A stretch of 64,000 bases of DNA from an uncultured Nitrososphaerota archaeon (lineage in GTDB: Archaea; Thermoproteota; Nitrososphaeria; Conexivisphaerales; DTJL01). The notes below the pieces were generated by a model. It did not search any database. It was not told the origin of the DNA and was given only the letters and a program-made list of their open reading frames with translations. A program made the translations under genes and the position numbers. The stretch covers positions 194,684-258,683 of the forward strand of contig CAWJIE010000003.1 in NCBI GenBank assembly GCA_963842885.1, in the 5' to 3' direction. Below are positions 57,456 to 64,000 of the stretch, piece after piece. Position 1 is the first letter of the stretch, and every line of letters starts with the position of its first letter.

Positions 57456-57908
57456 CGAGGGACGAACTCCGCCCAGCTCCGTAAAAGCTTAATGCAATTT
57501 TCCCGGCTGACCCGTCCCTTGCTGACGGAGTGGAGCAGTGTTCGTTAGTCGAAGAGGTTACCGCAGAGTTCCCCAGTTGAAGTTCGTCAGGCCTTCATAT
57601 GACGAAATCAGGGTCGACGCACCACAACCCTTCAAGGCCATCAAGTCTAGCGGCTACATCCCCCACGTGAATGTCGGCGTCGGCCGGGGAGGCTTATTCG
57701 TCCTCAGGTGCCTCCAGGACTTCTACGCGGCGGGGAGTATTGTCCCATGGCCGGAGCGCGGTGGTCGCGATCGTCATCTCTGGAGTGACGCCGGCGAAGC
57801 CCAATGATTTCCTCAGTAGTCCTTTCTGTCGACGTCTTAGGCTCATGTCAAGATTAAGGTCCTCTTCTGCAGCTGGCAATAAGGTATAGGCAACCGCGAC
57901 GGAATGCG

Positions 57909-58874
57909 TCACGGTATCAGGACCGTCTTGCCGAAGGCGCCGAGTTCGAGTATTTCGCGGTGGGCTCGAGGCGCCTCCCCAAGCGGGATCTCCTTACTGA
58001 CGACGGGGCGAAGCGTTCCGTTTTCCAGCCCCTCAGCAAGGGCGGCATGAATGCCCGTCACCTCCGCTTGTGCAACGTTGAAAAGGAGCATGCCTTGGAT
58101 TGAAGCATCGCGCATCATCGCGTCGCGGGGATCAATCTCTACCCTACCCCTGCTGCCGATTACGACCACGCGCCCGCGCATCGCCAAGACCTTCAGGTCC
58201 CTGTCGAGATTGACGTTCGCCAGCATCTCCACGATTACATCGACGCCGCGGCCCTGGGTGAGTGCCTGGATTTGATCGAGGTAGCCTGGCGCGCGATGGT
58301 CGAACACGTGTTGAGCTCCCTGTTCGACCACCATGGCCCTCCCCCTTTCGGTCCCCCCCGTCCCGATGACCCGCATTCTCGCAGCGCACGCCATCTGAGT
58401 CGCAGCTATACCGACGCCGCCTGTCGCCCCATGGACAAGGACGGTCTCACCAGGCACGGCCCTGGCAAGCTGAAAGAGAGCGCGGTAGGCGGTGGCATAA
58501 GGAACGCCGATCGCCGCGCCCTGGGCGAACGACAACCTCTCGGGTAGCCGGTGTACCTGATATTCCTCGCAGAGCGCCTCCTCCGCATACGCGCCGCTTA
58601 TCGTGCCTGCTACGTACACGCGCGTGCCAACTTTCACGGTCGTGACGTCTTCTCCAACGGATTCGACGATGCCGGCCGCATCAATGCCAGGCGTATAGGG
58701 CAAAAGAGGGCTCCTTGACGTGCCTGCCCTTGTGTAGGTGTCGGTGGGATTGACGCCTGCGGCCTTGACACTGACGAGGACCTGCTTGGAGCCGGGATGA
58801 AGGTCCGGTATCTCCTCGAGCAGCATGACCTCGGGACCACCAAACTCGTGAACTCGGATCGCCTTCACTACCAT
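57909..58874 (-). CDS. NADPH:quinone oxidoreductase (zeta-crystallin/MDR family)
   Basis: 321 aa; VKAAGVNPTDTY, PYTPGIDAAGIVESVG and VLVHGATGGVG. Confidence 0.8.
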   Translation of the reverse strand: MVVKAIRVHEFGGPEVMLLEEIPDLHPGSKQVLVSVKAAGVNPTDTYTRAGTSRSPLLPYTPGIDAAGIVESVGEDVTTVKVGTRVYVAGTISGAYAEEALCEEYQVHRLPERLSFAQGAAIGVPYATAYRALFQLARAVPGETVLVHGATGGVGIAATQMACAARMRVIGTGGTERGRAMVVEQGAQHVFDHRAPGYLDQIQALTQGRGVDVIVEMLANVNLDRDLKVLAMRGRVVVIGSRGRVEIDPRDAMMRDASIQGMLLFNVAQAEVTGIHAALAEGLENGTLRPVVSKEIPLGEAPRAHREILELGAFGKTVLIP

Positions 58875-59175
58875 CTCCCCGCTATCTCAAGACTCAAACC
58901 GGCTATGCCAGGCAGTCCAATCCCGGGGAATCTTCCCAGCGCTCCGGTTGCGTCCTTGCTGCTGCATATCCATTGACTGGTTCCCATTTCGAGTGAGGTT
59001 ATATTCGTTGTGCGGAAACACTGGGATAGAATGGATGAGCGCCACTTGATCTTCTATTTGAACGATGGAATCTTATTCAAGATGACAGATGGACACTTTT
59101 GCATCAAGAAACCGTTTATATTTAACGAAGTAAAACCGATACCATTCGAAACCAAAACCGAGATGAATTCGCCTT

Positions 59176-60084
59176 ATGACCAGCACGCCTCCGTGGATAA
59201 GAGAGATGAGAGCCCCATTCGTTCTCCTCATTCTGGGCACATCTCTCGCAGCGACAGCGATGGCTGCGTACGATGGATATTTCGATTGGCCTATGGCCCT
59301 AAGCTGCGTCGTTGGCCTTGTAGCCATACACGCCAGCGTGAACGTTTTCAACGATTATTTTGATTTTAAGAGTGGAATCGATGTCATTACAAAAGCGACT
59401 CTATTCAGCGGCGGAAGCCGAGTCCTTCCTGAAGGGTTGATGACGTCCAATCAGGTTCTAGTGGAAGGTCTGATCCTCCTTTGCATCGGGCTCAGCTTCG
59501 GTTTCTACGTTCTCTACGCAACAGACTTCAGCGTCACGATCATTTTGCTCATAGCATTTGCGATAGCCTGCTCCGTAGGTTATTCCCCCATATTCGCCAA
59601 CAAGGGGATCGGCGAGGCTATGGCGTTTCTCGGTTTAGGCCCCGCGCCCACCATAGGGACGTACTTTGCCATAACCCGCGTGCTAGATTTGAATCCTCTA
59701 CTTCTGGGCATCATTGCTGGCGCCATGGGCAGCGCTGTCCTCTACGTCAACGAATTCCCCGACTTTGATGCCGACCAAGCCAAGGGCAGGTTGAACCTGG
59801 TCATCAGGATGGGAAAGGCCCGAGCATCAAAGTATCTGAAGGCCTTCTTCGTACTAGCTTACATAACTGCGCTTGTAATGATGTTATTGCAGATTGCCCC
59901 GCTCACATTGGTCATAACTTTCGTAACAATCCCTTGGACAGCCAAAGCCAGCGGCGTATTGGAAAGGAACTTCGAAAAGGTCGAGAATCATCTTTCTTCC
60001 AACGCCTTGACCATCAAGGCCGCCGTGAGTACAGGTTATTTGCTGGCAGCAGGTTACGCTGTTTCCGTTCTGATTCATCTCTGA
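59176..60084 (+). CDS. UbiA-family prenyltransferase, MenA-like
   Basis: 302 aa, about 8 TM segments; NVFNDYFDFKSGID and YVNEFPDFDADQAKG aspartate-rich motifs. Confidence 0.7.
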   Translation: MTSTPPWIREMRAPFVLLILGTSLAATAMAAYDGYFDWPMALSCVVGLVAIHASVNVFNDYFDFKSGIDVITKATLFSGGSRVLPEGLMTSNQVLVEGLILLCIGLSFGFYVLYATDFSVTIILLIAFAIACSVGYSPIFANKGIGEAMAFLGLGPAPTIGTYFAITRVLDLNPLLLGIIAGAMGSAVLYVNEFPDFDADQAKGRLNLVIRMGKARASKYLKAFFVLAYITALVMMLLQIAPLTLVITFVTIPWTAKASGVLERNFEKVENHLSSNALTIKAAVSTGYLLAAGYAVSVLIHL

Positions 60085-60413
60085 GAATTCTATTGTGTTC
60101 GCTTCATTCAGGCCATCCTGTCCTACCCCAAAGTTATCCTAAGCACCCCGTCGGCTTGGTGGCGTCTCTGAGGACGAGATCAAAGTCGAGAGAGGCTTAC
60201 TTCGCTTCGGGGCCCCATGATGCGGCGACATGGACGCCGGGAATAGGATGGGAACAGGGAGAGCTCTAAGACCTGAGTGGTCATCCCAGTATGGAAGGGG
60301 CCCTCAGGCTTCGAGCACTTGCTTCCGAGCGGTGGAAGCATTTCAGGAATCTTGAGCAAGGCTCTAATGCCCCAATGCTGTTCAGGCGCTACTCTCGAGA
60401 GAGGTGCGTTCGA

Positions 60414-60737
60414 ATGGCCCTACGCGTTACCCAAGCCGATTTCGGCGCCTTCCTGACCACCCTAGTGGGGAGACAGATGCTCGATGCCGCAACCACCATC
60501 TTCATAGTCCTCTGGGGCGGCTCGGAGACGAATCCCGTGATGTCGGCGCTGCTTGGGGAGGGATACGTCGCCTTTGTGCTGGGGAAGTTGGTCCTCACCA
60601 TGGGGGTCGGCGTGGGGGCGTACTTTGTTTCAACGAGGGCTTCGGGGTACTTCCTCTTGACCGCAGCGGTGGCTCTCGTAGGGACCTACATCGGCGTCTT
60701 CTCCAACGTCATCGCGATAGGCGTGCACATTCTCTAG
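60414..60737 (+). CDS. Small membrane protein (DUF5658-like)
   Basis: GGSETNPVMS motif and three hydrophobic helices. Start at the internal ATG assumed. Confidence 0.4.
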   Translation: MALRVTQADFGAFLTTLVGRQMLDAATTIFIVLWGGSETNPVMSALLGEGYVAFVLGKLVLTMGVGVGAYFVSTRASGYFLLTAAVALVGTYIGVFSNVIAIGVHIL

Positions 60738-61766
60738 TCCGTCGCCTGCCGAGCCAGATTGCTTGTGAATGACGAGCACGGAAGGCATGGCGCTACGTAT
60801 ACAGGCATGTCCTAGGAGCCGATGGAGTCCTTCAGGGCCGTCGCCGACTACTACGCTAATCACTAGGACTCGCTCGTGTTTTTGCAAAGACATCAATTCC
60901 CCGTGCGATCGAATCGGCCAACAGTCATCGGCGGCCCCTTCTGGAGAGATTAGTGGCCGGCTGGGTACTAGACCCACCAGAGACAGGATTTCCGCGTTGC
61001 AAGAACCCGAGGGCTATTGGCGCCTTCTCTGGTGCTAAGCAGACCGAGATCGTTGTTGACATCATGTCAGTAGAATTTAGTAACTACCAATAAGATGGTT
61101 CCTGCACTAGGCTCATATAACGGACCACCTCTCCGTAGTCGATTTGATGCGGGTTCGCTTCGAATGTGGTCACGAATCGTACATGCTTGAAGACTGCCCC
61201 TATGAGAAAGCGGAGTGTCCGACTTGCCACCAATACCTTTCCTGGATAATCGTGTTAGAACCAGCGTCAGAGCAGATGGAAGCGATCTACTCAGGCCGTG
61301 GCACAGGTCCGCCTGGCGTGAGCTACTTCTCATAGCTGTAGTAGTACTGAAATTCGAGCGAAATCGCTTGTTCTGAGCCACGTTGGCGTGCCTTTCCTTT
61401 TGAAAAGCGTCTCGGCTCGGTGCTCTGCGGTCTTCGATTGATGAGACGAGAAACTTATTCGTTAGCAAGCGACAACTTCACAGAGCTCTATATGACTTTC
61501 AGAATGGATGCGAGGGTTGTAAGAAAGCTGAAGAAGGCAAGTAACGACGACACGGCTAGGTAGGAGTTTGCGTTAGTCCCTAAATATCTCGCCCCCAATC
61601 TCTCGGTCTCAGTATTGAAGAGCCTGGCATGAAACGTGCCTTCTATAAGATGGCCTGAAATCGCCTGACTGTGTGGATGGGTGATACTCTGGCGATCGTG
61701 CATAGCAAAGTGAAATGCAGAGTAGGCGTCGCTGGGCCTTGCGCCAAGGGTGAGCCTAGGCGGGTC

Positions 61767-62204
61767 CTAGCTCAGCTGCAACGGCGCGTGTCTCCTCAAA
61801 AGACCCGCGATCGCCAGCGGGAAGACTTCCTTTTCTTCGGCTGACTGATGCGCATCCAGAACGTCAGCAAGGTGATGAAGCTCCTTGAGCGCTCCCGCCC
61901 AATCATCCTTCGCCATGGCGGCCTCCATGCGTGCAAGGCCATCTGTCACTTCTTGATGCTGCTGCATTATCGCGCTGACTGAAAAGTCCAGCAGCCCCAT
62001 CCTGGCTACCTCCGGGTAGACCTCCGACTCTTCGTCAATCACGTGCTGCATCAGAGAGTCCTTGAAACCTTTGAATTCAGCTCTGAGCTGAGCAACATCC
62101 ACGTTGCGGGCGCCCAGCATTCTTTCCAGCGAATCAATCATCAAGGGATAAGTGAGGTGCTCGCTCGCCAGCCTGTCCAAAAGCTCCCCTAGGGAATCTG
62201 ACAT
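61767..62204 (-). CDS. Hemerythrin-like (HHE cation-binding) domain protein
   Basis: 145 aa; HVIDEESEVYPE and HQSAEEKEVFP repeats of the H..E..E pattern. Confidence 0.6.
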   Translation of the reverse strand: MSDSLGELLDRLASEHLTYPLMIDSLERMLGARNVDVAQLRAEFKGFKDSLMQHVIDEESEVYPEVARMGLLDFSVSAIMQQHQEVTDGLARMEAAMAKDDWAGALKELHHLADVLDAHQSAEEKEVFPLAIAGLLRRHAPLQLS

Positions 62205-62236
62205 CTCCCTTCACCTCTTGGCTTCCGACGTTGCCC

Positions 62237-62557
62237 TCAGCCTAGCCTGGGCAAGCCGCTCATCGGGCCAGTAGGCCCCCCGGGGTTACTGAAGCTTATG
62301 GCCAGCCGGTTCCATCCGTTTATCGCGATTATGGCCATCGGGAGATCCACCAGTTCTCCCTCCGAAAAGTGTAACCGTGCGTCAATACAGTAGGCACAAT
62401 CATTCATCCGAGAGGCCTTGGTCTTCACAAGATTGAGCAGGCCTTCCTCAAGCCCTAAGGGGCGGACGTAGGCCTCCATCCCGTCCATTGCTTCGACCGC
62501 GCCCGGGGCCGCCTTTGAATAGTAAATACGCATTCGCTCTATCCTTTCTTGAGACAA
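62237..62557 (-). CDS. Carboxymuconolactone decarboxylase/AhpD-like family protein (short)
   Basis: 106 aa; NDCAYCIDA (CxxC) and INGWNRLA. About 40 residues shorter than the family members I recall. Confidence 0.5.
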   Translation of the reverse strand: MSQERIERMRIYYSKAAPGAVEAMDGMEAYVRPLGLEEGLLNLVKTKASRMNDCAYCIDARLHFSEGELVDLPMAIIAINGWNRLAISFSNPGGPTGPMSGLPRLG

Positions 62558-62748
62558 TTTGTCACACCAACAGAATACGCGGCACTATGACGTATACGGC
62601 TTGCCTAGAATTCCTGAATATGGCAGTCCACAGCGTCATGGCACACGCCTGATACAAGGGCTCTTTGCGAGCCACCTCCAGTCAATCCGTCTGCGTGAAC
62701 GGATTGGTAGATTCGTTTTTACCCCACGATGACCACGACAGCATCGTC

Positions 62749-63189
62749 ATGACCCTGAAGAAACCTGATTCGCTTGAAGTGGAGCATCACGAAATTCACT
62801 CCCGCCTCGCAGCGCTTGTCAACTCAAAGGGCAAGACGGCGGAGAAGGCAAAGAAGGTCGAGGACCTCCTCCAACATCACTTCGAGAAGGAGGAGGAGCT
62901 ATCCATCCCTGTCTTGGGTGCACTGAGGCCCAGCCTCGAGGGGAAGCTGACGCGCGCCGACGCGAAGGAGGTAGGCTGTCTCTCTAAGAAGTTCAAGGCG
63001 AGGTACCGGAAGATGCTCTCAGAACATGTTGAGATTGTTAGGGCTCTCGAAGAGCTTGATGTGGCTGCCAAGAAGGAGAAGAGAGACGACGCTCTGGAGT
63101 TCTCCGAGGCACTCAGGAACCACGCCCGCACGGAAGAGGAAGTCCTCTATCCTGCTACCGTGCTCCTAGGGAACCTCATCTCGAAATAG
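62749..63189 (+). CDS. Hemerythrin-like domain protein
   Basis: EVEHHEIHSRL, HHFEKEEELSIP and NHARTEEEVLYP. Internal ATG chosen. Confidence 0.5.
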   Translation: MTLKKPDSLEVEHHEIHSRLAALVNSKGKTAEKAKKVEDLLQHHFEKEEELSIPVLGALRPSLEGKLTRADAKEVGCLSKKFKARYRKMLSEHVEIVRALEELDVAAKKEKRDDALEFSEALRNHARTEEEVLYPATVLLGNLISK

Positions 63190-63795
63190 AGCGAAGGGGG
63201 TCTTTACGCCGTCAGACGGTCCAGGATAGGTTAGCGCACGACCTTCCACCTTCGCGAAAGGGGTGATAGCATGAGGATGGAGCTTCCCTTGTCCCATGAT
63301 GTGCCACACGCTCCAGCCACGAATCGTCAGGGCGTCGGAAATGAGGGATCGGTGGCATTTCCAAGGCAACGCTTCTGCGCACATTACGCACGTGACCCTC
63401 TTGTTGGCCTCCTGCATAAGTAGATTCAAGTTCGTTTCGAATTCGTCAGACAGCATATAGTCGGCGAACCCTCTGAAACTCGGATTGCGCCAGCCCAAGT
63501 TGACGGAGTCCCTCCTCGCATGCCTCAATCCTCCCAAACCCGCCATGTGCTGGTATTCCACTCCCTTTCTCATCAATTCCGAGGGGAGGACGTCTTGATT
63601 GAATTGAGGGTTCCTCCTAGACCGAGGGATCGTCCTTACGTCCACAAGCGCTTCAATATTCTGCTCTTTCAGTAGTCGCACGACCTCATCGATCGTGCGA
63701 GTGGAATGGCGCACAGTGTAGACTGTCAGCTCCGGCTTCGCCGTCTGTCGATTCCCAACCATTTGGGGATCTACCTTGGGCTTGTACCATCCCAA
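63166..63795 (-). CDS. DUF488-family protein
   Basis: 209 aa; TVYTVRHSTRT, LVDVRTIPRSRRNPQFN and VTCVMCAEALPWKCHRSLISD. Confidence 0.75.
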   Translation of the reverse strand: MGWYKPKVDPQMVGNRQTAKPELTVYTVRHSTRTIDEVVRLLKEQNIEALVDVRTIPRSRRNPQFNQDVLPSELMRKGVEYQHMAGLGGLRHARRDSVNLGWRNPSFRGFADYMLSDEFETNLNLLMQEANKRVTCVMCAEALPWKCHRSLISDALTIRGWSVWHIMGQGKLHPHAITPFAKVEGRALTYPGPSDGVKTPFALFRDEVP

Positions 63796-63841
63796 TGTTC
63801 AGCCTTTCAGCATCGTGGACCGCAGGGCGTAGGGACCTTGG

Positions 63842-64000
63842 CTAGCGCTTGGGCTTGACCCACCTGTGGAAATCGATGACCTCACCTCTCCCCTTCCTCA
63901 CGCTGGTCGCGACTATGTGTGCTAGCCTTTCGGAGTCCCTGACCAGCGGGACGAGGGTGGCATCGCACCAGACCTGAAACAGGTCGAGATCCCGCTTGGC
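63842..64000 (-). CDS. C-terminal end of an unidentified protein (5' part beyond the window)
   Basis: Manual reverse translation is open from the window edge to TAG at 63844..63842: ...DLFQVWCDATLVPLVRDSERLAHIVATSVRKGRGEVIDFHRWVKPKR. Confidence 0.3.
   Translation of the reverse strand, partial: AKRDLDLFQVWCDATLVPLVRDSERLAHIVATSVRKGRGEVIDFHRWVKPKR

Noticed and set aside
57538-57912. Short ORFs on both strands between XdhC-2 and the quinone oxidoreductase
   Set aside because: No motifs were found, and the minus-strand reading is interrupted by a stop. It could be a degraded gene, but this cannot be supported.
61144-61335. 63-aa ORF with a C..H..C..CxxC pattern as a small zinc-ribbon protein
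   Set aside because: It is possible, but it lies in the gene-poor AT-richer patch, with no ribosome-binding or promoter signal and no recognisable family. Support is too weak to annotate.
1-64000. Programmed ribosomal frameshifting or genuine pseudogenisation as the explanation for the broken genes
   Set aside because: There are too many breaks, in unrelated essential genes and without shared slippery motifs. Several coincide with G/C homopolymers, which points to sequence error.
1-64000. CRISPR arrays, IS elements, integrases, prophage or known defence-system genes
   Set aside because: No regularly spaced direct repeats were seen, and no transposase, integrase, Cas or phage-like motifs appear in any frame.

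Overview
GC-rich, densely coding archaeal chromosomal window. All homology calls come from motifs read in the translations; no database search was possible.

Layout:
- 0-7 kb: divergent isoprenoid locus. It carries the AcnX large subunit, a UbiD-type decarboxylase, mevalonate kinase, isopentenyl-phosphate kinase, type 2 IDI and GGPP synthase.
- 7-16.3 kb: conserved archaeal translation/transcription superoperon (GluRS, L7Ae, S28e, L24e, NDK, aIF5B, S6e, aIF2-gamma, PIN, Rpo7, Spt4, DUF359, S24e, S27ae).
- 16.3-22.7 kb: mixed housekeeping and unknown genes, including a nucleotidyltransferase/Bud32-like kinase fusion.
- 22.9-34.6 kb: the most unusual part. XdhC-TusA, a NapH-like/DsbD-like membrane pair, a DUF3343/YjeF_C-like/split YeeE operon, an atypical membrane-linked [NiFe] hydrogenase operon, and DsrE/H/F-like genes.
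- 35-64 kb: tRNA-Gly, SfsA, a Tes-like radical SAM gene, Orc1/Cdc6, MoaC/MoaB and an ECF transporter. Then the exosome/proteasome superoperon, MtnA, citrate synthase, an intron-containing tRNA-Arg and a P-type H+-ATPase. The window ends with a lower-GC accessory patch (MenA-like, hemerythrins, AhpD-like, DUF488).

No CRISPR array, transposase, integrase or rRNA was recognised.

Major caveat: more than 20 conserved genes, many essential, are interrupted by single-base frame changes, often at short G/C runs. This most likely reflects indel errors in the sequence rather than biology. Coordinates of merged CDSs are therefore approximate.
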